Positions 36,686-50,436 of a stretch of 64,000 bases of DNA are shown here, in pieces. The stretch's first letter is position 1. Every line of letters begins with the position of its first letter. Under the pieces are notes generated by a model. That model saw only the letters and a program-made list of their open reading frames with translations. It did no database searches and was not told the origin of the DNA. Made by a program: the position numbers and the translations under genes. Source of the stretch: Octopus vulgaris (lineage: Eukaryota); contig OX597826.1 of assembly GCA_951406725.2 (NCBI GenBank), positions 76,260,001 through 76,324,000 on the forward strand. Reading direction: 5' to 3'.

Positions 36686-37113
36686 ATATCCCATGTCATC
36701 GAATTTGGTGTTGCGTTGCTCTGCTTTACCAAGACGCAATCTGAAGTGCTGAAACCAGGCATCCCGATGCGGTTCAGTAGTTTGTCCTCCAATGTGGCCC
36801 ATCGGTTATGCTCTTATCTCTAAGTTGTTCCCGATACAAAACAACAGACTTGATTTCGATCTAAGTGCTACCGAGTTCTTCAGTTTCATAACTGAAGTTG
36901 TGCTTCTCGAACTTCATTGTACACATTATCGGGTGCGGTTTCAGAAGAATTGGGGTTCTTTTCAGTATCCCTAACCATTCCAGAGTAGTGTTTCATATGT
37001 TTGCCGGGTTTTGTCCCCGTCTCAATGGAAGCAGAGTTTAAACTTTTATTCTCTTCGTTGTAAACCATTACGGTGCTGTATATCTGTTAGTCGCGATTTG
37101 AATGTCATATATA

Positions 37114-37346
37114 TATTTCTTTACTACCCACAAGGGGCTAAACACAGAGGGGACAAACAAGGGCAGACAAACGGATTAAGTCGATTACATCGACCCCAGT
37201 GCGTAACTGGTACTTAATTTATCGACCCCGAAAGGATGAAAGACAAAGTCGACCTCGGCGGAATTTGAACTCAGAACGTAACGGCAGACGAAATACGGCT
37301 ACGCATTTCGCCCGGCGTGCTAACGATTCTGCCAGCTCGCCGCCTT
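37114..37346 (-). mobile_element. SINE S1 monomer with TSD
   Basis: Full copy flanked by tttgaatgtcatatata / tttgagtatcatatata. Confidence 0.88.
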
Positions 37347-37349
37347 TGA

Positions 37350-38640
37350 GTATCATATATAGCACTGCATTACATCACTGCTATGCACCAATGCTGTGCA
37401 CTATTGCAACTGTTGCCCTCAAGTCTATCACAAAGGCCTCACCGTCAAGTAGAAATGACCAAAATGTACTTCTCTGATCTTGACTATGCTGATGAGGATC
37501 TTGCTCTGGCAGCTCATCAGGTGTTTGGTGCTTGTTAACATCACTTAAGAGTGCTGCAGTCAAAACTGGAAGATTGAGTACATAACAATCAATGAGAACG
37601 AAAGCTTTCTACCAACGAGGACACAAAACTAATGGAGGTCAGTGACTTCAGGACTGGAATCCTATATTCTTTTTAACTCTAGGCACAAGGCCCGAAATTT
37701 TTGGGGAAAGGGGCCAGTCGATTAGATCGACCCCTGTACACAACTGGTACTTAATTTATTGACCCCAAAAGGATGAAAAGCAAAGTCGATCTCGGCGGAA
37801 TTTGAATTCAGAACGTAAAGACAGATGAAATACCGCAAAGCATTTCGTCCGGCGGGCTAACGTTTCATATTTTTTTATTTACCACAAGGGGGTAAATATA
37901 GAGGGGACAAACAAGGACAGACAACGGGATTAAGTCGACTACATCGATCCCAGTGCATGCTTAATTTATCAGCCCCGAAAGGATGAAAAGCAAAGTCGAC
38001 CTCGGCGGAATTTGAATTCAGAACGCAAAGACAGTTGAAATACCCATTTCTTTACAACCCACAAAGGGCTAAACATAGAGGGGACAAACAAGGATAGACA
38101 AACGAATCAAGTAGATTATATCGACCCCAGTGCGTAATAGGTACTTAATTTATCGACCCCGAAAGGATGAAAGGCAAAGTCGACCTCGGCGGAATTTGAA
38201 CTCAGAACGTAGCGGCAGACGAAATACCGCTAAGCATTTCGCCCGGCGTGCTAACATATCTGCCAGCTCGCCGCCTTACTGGGATCCTTTATTGCTAACA
38301 GTATAAAAGACTATCTGATACGCAACTGACAAGCTTTGCGTGTGTTTAGCAAGTTTCACAACGTCTTTTAATCGAGTAGATCAAACTCAACAAGACTGGT
38401 TTTGTTCAGCACGTGTGTGGAGTGTTTTCTTTTGGTACGGCAGAAACCTGACTAGGGAAGAAGGTTCTTCGTGATCAGGCTTCTCAAGAAGAGGTGGATT
38501 ACAACTTAGAGCGTGGGTAAAAGACCTCCATCCCCGCCAAAATGGGACTCATGGACGCAGTTTAACCAATTCTGCTATTTTTGCTCAACGCAATGTAGGC
38601 TATTGTTGGCCACTATAATCGGGATCAATATCCGGCCACA
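37350..38640 (+). mobile_element. Decayed RTE-clade LINE interrupted by a SINE array
   Basis: SDLDYADE (like DLDYADD) lies before the insertion. LGSFIAN..KDY.IR and VESV..YGAETW-like and GH..R-like fragments lie after it. Confidence 0.6.
37669..38277 (-). mobile_element. SINE S1 head-to-tail trimer
   Basis: Three core repeats bracketed by actggaatcctatatt / actgggatcctttatt. Confidence 0.85.
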
Positions 38641-38906
38641 TCAGCTATGTTATTTTAAAGACTTTCGGACCCTAATAGACGATGAGAAGCTCCTAGCTCT
38701 ATTGGTTTTAAGAATGCATTCTGATGTGAAAGTGTGTTTGTGTGTGTGTTTCTGAAAGACTGAAAGAAAGAGAGACGGGAGCATCCCTACATATGTATGT
38801 ACACTGGAATACGTAAAACAAGAAATAGTTTGTTTTTTTTTCAATTTCCCACACCACCAACACCGACACAATGAATGTCAACGACAAAAAGATTTGGAAA
38901 GACGTC

Positions 38907-39029
38907 CTCTTCTTCTTCTTCTTCTTCTTCTTCTTCTTCTTCTTCTTCTTCTTCTTCTTCTTCTTCTTCCTCCTCCTCAACTACTACAAGAAGAAAAAGA
39001 AGAAAAGTACAACAACAACAACAACAACA

Positions 39030-39090
<61 letters not shown>
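38907..39090. repeat. Compound (CTT)n/(CAA)n/(CTA)n microsatellite
   Basis: Directly visible. Confidence 0.95.
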
Positions 39091-40001
39091 TAAAAGCGGA
39101 ACGAAGTATAAGCCACCGTTTTATCATTAATCGATTACGTAGAGACCAACTCGTCGAAAGACAAGCCAAATAGCTTTCAAATCACACACAACTGTCTTTA
39201 GAAAAAAAGGAAGGACACATAGTTGATAAAGTACATCTAAATACCGTATCTGAAGACAGATTATCTATGGTCACGGTTGGAGAGCCTTTGAGCATAGGTC
39301 TGCTGGATTAGGTGTGATTCTGGGCAAAAAGAAAAGAAAAAAAACCTCAGAAAACCTCAAGAACATCATCGTCATCGTCGTCGTCATCATCGTCATCATC
39401 ATCATCATCAACATCAACATCAACAATAGCAACTATTGCAGCTATCATTGTAATAAACCTCCTCTACCCCGACCTAACCCCATCACCACCATGGGTACGA
39501 CCACGCCCATCACCACAATTACCCAACCCTCCCTCACCACTGCCATCCCCTATCACGCCTCCATCAACAATACCACCGCCTTCTCCACCACCACTACCAT
39601 CATTGCCGCCACATCCTCCAACACAACCACGCCTTTCCCCGCCTTCTTCAATACAAGCACGCCTCTCCCGCCCCTCATCACCTCCCAACGTCAGCGATTC
39701 ACCCGCCGCCACCACCATCATCATGACCAACACCTGCGTCACCGCTATTTACAATGACCGCCTCACGACCCCCTCCACTATCACTCCACCCCCACATCAT
39801 CATCACTACCAAGAAACAATTAGTACATAGACGGACCCCCTGTACTATGGCTGCGTGGTACAGTCTTCATTATTTGACTGTTTTACGTCATCGATTATGG
39901 TAGGATTTGAACTCAGAACGTAAAGAGCCGTATATATATACCCCAAGACCATCTCTCGACTAAACATTACATTTTAAAGCTCGGCGCTAAGACACACACA
40001 T

Positions 40002-40100
<99 letters not shown>

Positions 40101-40397
40101 GAGTGAATGTCAGTCTGTCTGTGTGTATGTGTATATGTGTGTGTGTGTGTGTTTGTGAGAGAGAGAGAGAGAGAGAGAGAGAGCGACAGAGGGTTGGGGA
40201 TGCTTTGTGTATCTCAGATTCTACTCAGGGGGTCCTGCAATTGGTTTCCTTGCGGATTTCTTGATAGCAACCTCCATCTAAGTCTCAATATTGAAAAAGA
40301 TGGAGGCCAAAGTGCAAGTGAACCCATTGCACACGTTATGACCACGTGAACGCATGAATTTATGCATATATGCACGTGGTTGCATGCATCTGTACGT

Positions 40398-40565
40398 GTT
40401 CATTTGACAGCAGCCTTAAAGGGTTTTGGCCGAAAAAAAATAGATTCCTGGACTTATTCTGTGTAAGCTTAGTACTTATTCTATCGCTCTCTTTTGCTGA
40501 ACTGCTAAGTTACAGGGACGTAAACACACTAGCATCGGTTGTCAAGAGATGTTCGGCGGGGAGGA

Positions 40566-40615
<50 letters not shown>

Positions 40616-40775
40616 TATACAGGACGGGCTTTTTTTCAGTTTCCGTCTACCAAATCCACTCACAAGGATTTGGTCGGCCCAAGGCTATAGTAGAAGACAC
40701 TTGCCCAAGGTGCCACGCAGTGAAACTGAACCCGGAAACATGTGGTTGGTAAGCAAGCTACTTACCACACGCCCA
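40398..40775 (-). mobile_element. SINE S2 copy
   Basis: Same head, core and tail modules. Confidence 0.85.
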
Positions 40776-40779
40776 TATA

Positions 40780-40819
<40 letters not shown>

Positions 40820-40838
40820 TATAAATATTTAATTTAAA

Positions 40839-40887
<49 letters not shown>

Positions 40888-41329
40888 CATACAATGAAAA
40901 ATTTATGTAAAATAAATATATTTCACTGTAAAATAGAATATAAAATATTCAAAAAATAGTTGTAAAAATTTACTAGAAATTTATATAAGTCTACATAAAA
41001 ATTTTACAAAATTTGCCGAAACAACGAACAGGATGCTCAACTAAAAACCTTTTCTCGTCTTTCAAAGACATATTGTTTCTGTTGTTCGCTAGAATTTGTC
41101 TTGGAAAGCAATTGAAAGCAGGAAGATGTTCAATGAAAAACTCTGCTACAATACCAGAGAGAAGAAAGAATTGTTGGCTTACAATTCCTCTCATGCAATC
41201 TTCCAGTTTACAGCTGCGCGTTCTCCCTTTCCGATAAATGCCACAGAGGTGGAGTGTGTTAGCCTTTGGCTCCTGTCTAGCGCATCTACGAACGTACGCT
41301 GCTCTGTTGGTATGTATGAATATATCTGC

Positions 41330-42802
41330 TTACATACATGTATACATGAAGGCATACATACATACATGCATACCTACATGTATACAAACATGTATACATA
41401 TATACATGCATGCATGCATAATACATACATAATACATACATATATGCATACATACATACATGCATACATACATGCATAATAATACAAATAAACATACATA
41501 TATGCATACATACATACATACATACATTCATAATACATACATACATACATACATACATACATACATACATTATATATACATACATGCATACATACATACA
41601 TACTTACATGCATACATACGAACGTACGCTGCTCTGTTGGTATGTATGAATATATCTGCTTACATACATGTATACATGAAGGCATACATACATACATGCA
41701 TACCTACATGTATACAAACATGTATACATATATACATGCATGCATGCATAATACATACATAATACATACATATATGCATACATACATACATGCATACATA
41801 CATGAATGCATACATAAATGAATGCATAAATACATACATGCATGCATGCATGCATAATACATACATGTATACATGCATACATACTTACATGCATACATAC
41901 ATGCATGATACATACATACATATATACAAGTATACATACATTCATGTGTATATACATGCATACATACATGTATACATACATACATGCATACATACATACA
42001 TGTATACATACATACATGCATACATACATACATGTATACATACATGCATGCATACATACATACATACATGTATACATACATATATGCATACATACATACA
42101 TACATAATACATACATACATACATACATACATACATGCATGCATACATACATACATACATAGATAAGCACATACATGTTTGTGTGTGTGTAAGTTCCTAT
42201 GTATGTGTAGATATGAATGTATGCATCTGTCCTCATGTGTCCTCATGTGTGTGTGTGTGTACAAAAATGTTTACATACATAATATTTGTATGTATCAATG
42301 TATGACTACATGAAACTCTGAGCGTGTATGTCCATATGTGCGCACACAAGTGTCTGTGTAAGCATATAGTCATGTGCATGCGTTTAATGTGTGTGCGTCT
42401 GGGTGTGAGTGTGGGAGTGTGCCTCTATGTATTGCAGTGGATGTGCGTGTGTGTATGTATGTGCTGTGTGTGTGCGTGTGCATGTATGAGTGTGTCTGTA
42501 TAGGTGTGTATAAATTATTTATTCATTTTAAGCAGATGATTTACTCTGTCGCTACTATGATTTCAGGCCTGTATGCATCAGCTTACAGACATGCATACAT
42601 AAATACATACATGCATACATATATAATACATATATACATACATATATACATGCATACATACATACATACATACACACATACATACATAATACATACATGC
42701 ATACATACATAATACATACATGCATACATATATAATACATATATACATACATACATGCATACATAAATACATACATAATACATAGATACATACATATATA
42801 CA

Positions 42803-42836
<34 letters not shown>

Positions 42837-43260
42837 CATACATACATACATACATACATACATACATACATACATACATGCATACATATATACATGCATA
42901 CATACATACATGCATACATACATACATACATACTTACATGCATACATACATACATGCATGATACATACATATATACAAGTATACATACATTCATGTGTAT
43001 ATACATGCATACATACATGTATACATACATACATGCATACATACACACATACATACATACATATACATGTACATACATACGCACGTACATACACATACAT
43101 AAACACATACACACGTGGATATATATACACATACAGACGTACACACATATACACACACACATACATACATATATATACATACATGCATACAGATACATAA
43201 ATACACGTACATAAAGATAAATATTCACACACACATACGCAAACATACATCCATACATCT
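41330..43260. repeat. Degenerate (CATA)n field
   Basis: Directly visible. Includes a local duplication and a short non-CATA interruption. Confidence 0.9.
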
Positions 43261-43364
43261 ATAATCTCTCTCTCTCTCTCTCTTTCTGTCTATCAGGGTA
43301 TCAATGTCTCCCTCTTTTTCTGTCTTCCTTTCCTCTGTCTCTCAAGCATACATTGTTAGTTAAT

Positions 43365-43406
<42 letters not shown>

Positions 43407-44677
43407 AGAGGCACACACACACACATATAAGTAGGTACGTCGCATTCCTCGGTTCATAACTCACACACTTTTTCCTTCCAAGAATAAATGTTATCTCTAA
43501 ACTCTAAACACAAATTTTAAAACCGGATTTGACTCTCGTGTCCAGTGTGGTGATGGTACCTAGTGAGATGTCGACACGGTGTATCGGTACCCGGTTATTC
43601 TTCAGTCAGTAGCAGAAATGCCTCACCTGTCATTTGTAGATAGGCAGGTGTACCTGGGAATCGAACGTCATCTGTTGACTCTCAGTTTAGTTGATTGTCT
43701 GACGAAGCCCCGCCCCCCACAACGATGTCACACTACAGCAACGAAGGAGAGAAGACATGTAATTTGTGACGAGGGACACACTGTAAAATCTTCCGAGCAA
43801 CATGGCGATAGGGCAGCTGGGCGTCGGAACGGATTATCACCAACCAATAAAATGATTCTTGAAGGGAGGAAACAATGGGAGGAATGAAAGACAATTGGAA
43901 AATTGGAAGGACAAAATGAGGACTCTTGTCATAAAGAAGCATAATTCCTACAAATACAAGAAACCATACAATTATGGAGACACAGTCAATAGATTATGGA
44001 GTTTAAAGCCTTAAAGATGATATTGGGTTCAAGGAGAACAGAAAAGGGGAAATATGCCAGCAGTTGAGTTTATAGTTCTTAGGACTTGGTTCTAGCATTT
44101 CATAAAACCTAAGGGTTGTACAAACGATAGTCGAAAGGCTTAGTGAAATATACTTGATGTTTTACAAATATGTGATAAACGTTAGAATGGAAAATATCAT
44201 AAGAGCCATGAGAAATGTGTCTTCTATGTGTTAACAATGTGAGCGAAGATAAATGGTGTAGCATTTTAGCTCTCACTGAATACAATCGACGAAACCGGAT
44301 CGGAGTAAACAAAGAAGGTAGAAAAATGTTTGAAGCCATCATCGGAACATGATGTTAGTGGAGTGTTCCCCCACCTCCATGCACCGGGAGTGGGGGGGAG
44401 GGGATTTCAGGAAGAGACTGGAGGGAAAAAGAAAAATATAAGTTGAACAGGAAAAATTTCCTGATATAACAGAAATAAATTCCAAGGTGGGATATTCCTC
44501 GATGTAACCCAGAGATGAACTAATCCGCAGATTTAGAAAAAGCATTAAATGACAGTTTATTAAAGAGTTTTTCACTTCCCGAGCGTTAAACTAATACATC
44601 TGTTTGTTGTCTACACCAACTGTCTTCGTCTTTTGTTATTCCGTGAATGCTCCCTATATATATATATATATCATATA

Positions 44678-45020
44678 AAATGGGACAAGAACGCAAAACA
44701 TCCGGACAACTAGGTGATACAAAAAGGGACAACAAAACATCCAGATAGACGATACAAAGAAAACAAAGATGGGTCATTCAAAGTTTTCTTTCTTCAGTCA
44801 AGCACCAGATTATCCTCGCAATTTCGGCTGATTATTCTTGTGATTGCTCCAAACTGGCCAGCCCTAAAGAAAAACTAAGCCTAGAGCATTAGATTCCTTG
44901 GAAGAAAGCAGCGAATGTATACTAAAACAAGGACGGAAAAAACGGACAATGTTACACAAATATAAATACAATAAAAATAATAACAGGACATAACAACATA
45001 AATATATCAACAGGCCTGTA
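44678..45020. repeat. Interspersed repeat family P2, copy 2 (longer)
   Basis: The first ~125 bp match 24326-24460. Flanked by TA-rich microsatellite. Confidence 0.55.
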
Positions 45021-45147
45021 TGTATCGTATATAATATATATATATATAGATATGTATATACAACCATATACATATGCGTATACACACATATATATAAATA
45101 CATTTATATAGATACATATATATAAATATATTTATATACACACACAC

Positions 45148-45188
<41 letters not shown>

Positions 45189-45211
45189 ACACACACACAT
45201 ACACACACACA

Positions 45212-45252
<41 letters not shown>

Positions 45253-46134
45253 ACACACACGCACACAGTCTGGTAGAATTGAAGTATTTCAATCTTTACA
45301 AAAGAAAAACAAACAAGTAACACCTGTCTCTCGATGAATTTCCTTGTTTTTCACCGACAGAATTTCAGTTTTCAGAATTGAAAAACCAATGGCAACACAT
45401 TTTCTTATGTTCGCGATGATCTCCGACACAAAATTCTTTCTCATAATTCGTCTTTTATTGTCTTCTCTTATAACATCACATTATATATAAATCGCCAGCA
45501 AAGCGGGAGTCATTGTTCTCCAAGTGAGCTTTCTTTCTCTGCCGCGCATAGAAGCGATCGCGTCAAAAGCTATTCTCATTCAGTTTGTCTTTTGTAGAGT
45601 TTAAATAGTTTGCAATATAGAAAAAGAAAACATCCATCAGAAAACAGAACGGTAAATGAGGGAGAGATTAAGAAATATAGACGATGATGGATAAGAACGA
45701 AGCCAGTAATAGAGAAGATGAAAGAGGGAGAGAGAGAGAAGAAGGAAGTTAAGGAAGAGAGAGAGAGAGACAAGAGAGAAAAAGCCAAAGTGTGAGAGGG
45801 AAAGAGAGAGAGAGCGGTTTTATTCCTCGCAGACTTCATCTCCATAACGGTACATATTTGCTACGCAAAGAGGTTAAATGAAGAAAATGCCATACAAATT
45901 GTAAGTGAGCGCATATTATGGAGCCGTAGGGTGGCAGTTTCCACTATGAGCATCAGTGTAACAATGTCACTGAATATTAATATTGGATGTTGCTTTCCGT
46001 ATATCTTGACCAACATAAATACTTAATAATGTCTCCCAACTTCAAACGGATTTCTGCAGAGAAGGAAAAACGAAACACACAGAAATTTCAAACGTACGGC
46101 GACGTATATTATTATGACCGTATACGTACGCACG

Positions 46135-46209
<75 letters not shown>

Positions 46210-46433
46210 ACACACACACACGTATACATGCATGTGCATGTGTGCATAAGTGTAGGTGTGTGTAAGATTACACACACACACACACACATATATGCGCATA
46301 AAGCACGCACACACACATATAGTATACACATGTATAATGTACAATTTTGTGTGCATGCATATAGACTATATATATTTATATATGTATACATATATATATT
46401 TGTGTGTATACACACACACATTCACTCACACAC

Positions 46434-46483
<50 letters not shown>

Positions 46484-46856
46484 ACACATATTCATACAAA
46501 CGTATGATTATTTTTTTCAAATCCTCTTTAAAAATAGGTCACGTTGTACTGAAGAGGTCGCTAAGAAAGAAGTGCACTTACGTGCATAATGTATCGAAGT
46601 AAATTGATTAATCTTGCCATTATTTCTTTCTCTTACAGCTTTTATAAGTAAGGAGAATGCTTCGCTTTAAAAGCGAGGTGGGGGGAGGGGTACATTAACC
46701 CAGTTGTATTAGGAGCAAAGGAATTCCAGCCTCACCCTGACGAGTCATTTTTTTTTTTTTTTGACTAACGAATATGTTTTGTCGCCATTTTCAACAGCAA
46801 TGAAGGAAGACGAAGCTAATGTTAGCAAAGATGAGCTGAAGCCTTCTTCTAGTCGT

Positions 46857-47236
46857 GTCACTCCGTCGGTTACGACGACGAGGGTTTCAGTTGATCCGAT
46901 TAATGGAACAGCCTCCTCGTGAAGCTAACGTGTAAGTGGCTGAGCACTCAACAGACACGTGTACCCTTACCGTAGTTCTTGGGGAGACGTAGCGTGAGAC
47001 AGTGTGTCGCAATGCTGGCACCTTTGAAATACAGGTACAACAGAAACAGGAAGAAAGAGTGACAGAAAGTTGTGGAGAAAGAGTACACCAGAGTTCGCCA
47101 CCACCCCCTACTGGAGCCTCGTGGAGCTTTAAGTGTTTTCGCTCAATAAACACTCACAACGCCTGATCTGGGAATCGAAACCGCGATCCTACGACCGCGA
47201 GTCCACTGCCCTAACCACTGGGCCACTGCCACTCCA
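46857..47236 (-). mobile_element. tRNA-derived SINE with S3-type tail and a different middle
   Basis: Minus strand gtggcccagtggttaggg...ggtttcgattccc head. Tail cgtcgtcgtaaccgacggagtg. Confidence 0.8.
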
Positions 47237-47950
47237 CGAAGCCTTCTCTAACCAAAGTAAGAAAAACATTGCAACCATATTGGAAAGAATTCGAATATCA
47301 GTTACTTTATCGATACAGGGAGGACGAACAGCACAGTCGGTCGCAGCAGGGTTTGAATTCAGAGTGGAAAAGCAACAAAAATTGTGTCAAAAGCCTGGCA
47401 GTTTAAATGAAGGGTGCAAGTTGATTACAGTGACCCCAGTATGTAACTGCTACTTATTTTACTGACCCCGAAAGGATGAAATGCAAAAATGGCTTCGGCG
47501 GAATTCGAACTGGGAACGTAAAGACAGACGAAATGCTGCGATGCATTTTTCCTGGCGTGTTAACGATTCTGCCAGCTCAAGAATTTCATTTCGTTTTCTT
47601 TATTAGACAAAGACAATTTCTGTTGTAGAGTGTGTGAAAATGACTTAATAAAACGGTAAATCAGTGGCGCTTACTAAGAGTGGAGATACATAAGGAAACA
47701 TTCTAATTGGTCGGATATGAAAAGAGCTCTCTTGTCCCTTTCTATTCCATTCTCCGTAATAGATTTCCGTGCTGTAACATTACCTTCCTATCAGGTTAAC
47801 GAGCGAATTCGGTGACTACCTTCTTAAGTCCTCTGCGCCTCGCAGAGAATTTTCCTGGGAGAATACAAAAAATGGTTTTGCGTAGCCTTTGAGCGCTGTT
47901 TACATTGCTATAGACTATCCTAATATAGATAGATAAAGAGGTAGATAGAT

Positions 47951-47983
<33 letters not shown>

Positions 47984-48800
47984 TAGAGAGAGAGATGAGA
48001 AGGAGAGGAGAGAGGGATGAGAAAGAAGTACTGGCCTATTTTATTTATCGATCCGGGCACGATGAAGGGCAAAGTTAAATTGGCAGGCTTTGAATGTAGA
48101 ATGTAGAGAAGTGGAGCAAATTGCTCAAAAACATTCGTTCTTGTGTTGTTAATTCGCTGTTTTTGCCGATAACCGTGAGATAATACTAAACTGGTGTGTG
48201 GAATTCCTTTAAGGTTCAACGAAATTAAACAAGAACGAAAACCTGTATTCCGCACTGTTTGTAGACGTTATCTACTTGGAGTTATGCTATGTCGCCTTCC
48301 TTAACCCTCTTCTCGTGTAGGCCATGTATGGAAGAAGAAATATTTCATAAATATTTAAAACACATCCACAATGACTCAGTCTTCCTATAAGAATGATCTA
48401 GAAGTTATTCATAGACTTCAGCCTTCTCTGACATAGTGTCACACGAGCTTCGTGATCGTGATCGTATTAAACACGCACACCACAGAATACCTCATAACTT
48501 CTGGGACGACAGAAATTGTCTTTGAGGAAAAATCTCAGAGAAATATTTCTTTTCCAGCCCAATTATGAACTAATGTCTTGCTCGTAATTATGGTTGTTTA
48601 GTTCCGTGTCAGTTTTGAGCGAACAAATCTATAACAATGCGAAAAGTTAGTATACAGTCACAAACTGTGAGGTGGGGGGGGTAGAGTCGATTGTATCGAC
48701 CCCAATATGTGACAGGTATTTATTTCATTCACTTTAGAAGGGATAAAAGAAAAAAAGAACCTGAAGTAGACTTCAGAGGAAATTGAACTCACAATGTAAT

Positions 48801-49324
48801 TATTTCTTTATTGCTTACAGGGGGCTAAACATAGAGTGGACAAACAAAGAGAGACGAAGGGATTAAGTCGATTACATCGACCCCAATACGTAACTGGTAC
48901 TTATTTAATTGACCCCGAAAGGATGAAAGGCAAAGTCGACCTCGGCGGAATTTGAACTCAGAACGTAACGGCAGACGAAATACCTATTTCTTTACTGCCC
49001 ACAAGGGGCTAAACACAGAGAGGATAAACAAGGACAGACAAACGGATTAAGGCGATTATGTCGACTAAAGTGCGTAACTGGTATTTGATTTATCGACCCC
49101 GAAATAATGAAAAGCAAAGTCGACCTCGGTGGAATTTGAACTCTGAACGTAGCGGAAGACGAAATACCTATTTCTTTACTACCCACAAGGGGCTAAACAC
49201 AGAGAGGATAAACAAGGACAGACAAATGGATTAAGGCGATTATGACGACTCAAGTGCGTAACCGGTACTTAATTTATCGACCCCGAAATAATCGGCGTGC
49301 GAACGATTCTGCCAGCTCGTCGCC
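48801..49324 (-). mobile_element. SINE S1 head-to-tail trimer nested in an older S1 copy
   Basis: Three units bracketed by ctcacaatgtaat / ctcacagtgtaat. Confidence 0.85.
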
Positions 49325-49466
49325 CTCACAGTGTAATGGAACATAAATACCACAAGATATTTAATTGTGTTGCTGCACCGATTCAGCCAGTCTATACCCC
49401 GATCAAGAATGTCATTTGTGTTCGACTTGTGTGCCTCCTTTATTCAGACATATTTATCTAGGAATA

Positions 49467-50252
49467 CGAGGGGATACCCAAAAGAAACCGGAAATGCTCT
49501 CTGTGGCATCGTGTCGTGTGGTTGTGAAGGCACATGGTGCGTCTTTATTTTGCAGTGCTTCTCCCCTGTTCGTCGATTTTTGCGACGGCTGAAACGAAGG
49601 AACAGCGGGCTTCCGTGAAATTCTGTTTTCTGCTGGGGAAAACGGTGGCCGAAACTGTTGTCATGCTTCAAACAGTTTACAAGAACGTTGCCATGAGCCA
49701 AAACAGAAGTTTACAAGTGGTTTCCATGTTTTAGGAATGGTCACTTGTCGCTTGACGACCATCCTCGTTCAGGGCGACCATCGTCCACCCCGAACGAATG
49801 AAAAATCACGAAAATTCATAAACTGATCTTGGAGGACCATCACCAAACAATTAACGTGTGTCCTGGAGCTCCTGTCAACGAATTTTGAGCGAGGAATTGC
49901 GAATGAAAAGTGTTGCAGCAAAATTTCTGCCTCGCTTGCTTACGGATGAGCAGAAGCAGTCACGACAGAATTCGTGTTGCGAATTGAAAAAACAGGTGGA
50001 AGTTGATCCGGACCTTTTTTCGAATGTCATCACTGGTGACGAAAGCTGGTGCTATGGAATTTTCAGATGTGGGAGAGATGAAGAAAAAAAAACGACAGAG
50101 GTGTTAAAAGGCATCGAATTGTGAAAAATCCGCCTGGACTGATGCATTGCTTGAAATGGAGAATACTTTGAAGGCGATAAAAGTGTAAATATGTAAAACC
50201 AAGTGAATAAAATAATATTGCAAAATTCCGGTTTCTTTTGGGTAGTCCCTCG
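49467..50252 (+). mobile_element. Internally deleted mariner with TIRs and TA target-site duplication
   Basis: TA|cgaggggatacccaaaagaaaccggaa ... ttccggtttcttttgggtagtccctcg|TA. Encodes EQRASVKFCFLLGK, AAKFLPRLLT and ITGDESWCY; the rest of the catalytic domain is deleted. Confidence 0.9.
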
Positions 50253-50391
50253 TACATTATCTCATGTCACCATTTCTGGGTAATGTTGAATTGTAATTTT
50301 GATTTATTCCGTTATTCTGTTATTCTGTATTCTTACATGTAAGTTAGGTAAATACTTAGGGATGGGCTTTTTATAACTAGTAGAGAGAGAG

Positions 50392-50436
<45 letters not shown>

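Noticed and set aside
35561-36988. Identical 16-mer aaccattccagagtag at about 35561 and 36973
   Set aside because: The flanks do not align and it does not bracket a coherent element.
39314-39830. Thr/Pro/His-rich mucin-like ORF
   Set aside because: Degenerate (CAC/CAT)n low-complexity DNA without splice support.
43880-44560. Possible decayed retroelement ORF (also about 51600-52000 and 61750-62420)
   Set aside because: Only vague motif echoes; too degraded to call by eye.
46737-46772. CTGACGA-GTCA-(T)n-TGAC hammerhead-like start
   Set aside because: The GAAA box is missing (TAAC follows) and there is no clear stem I.
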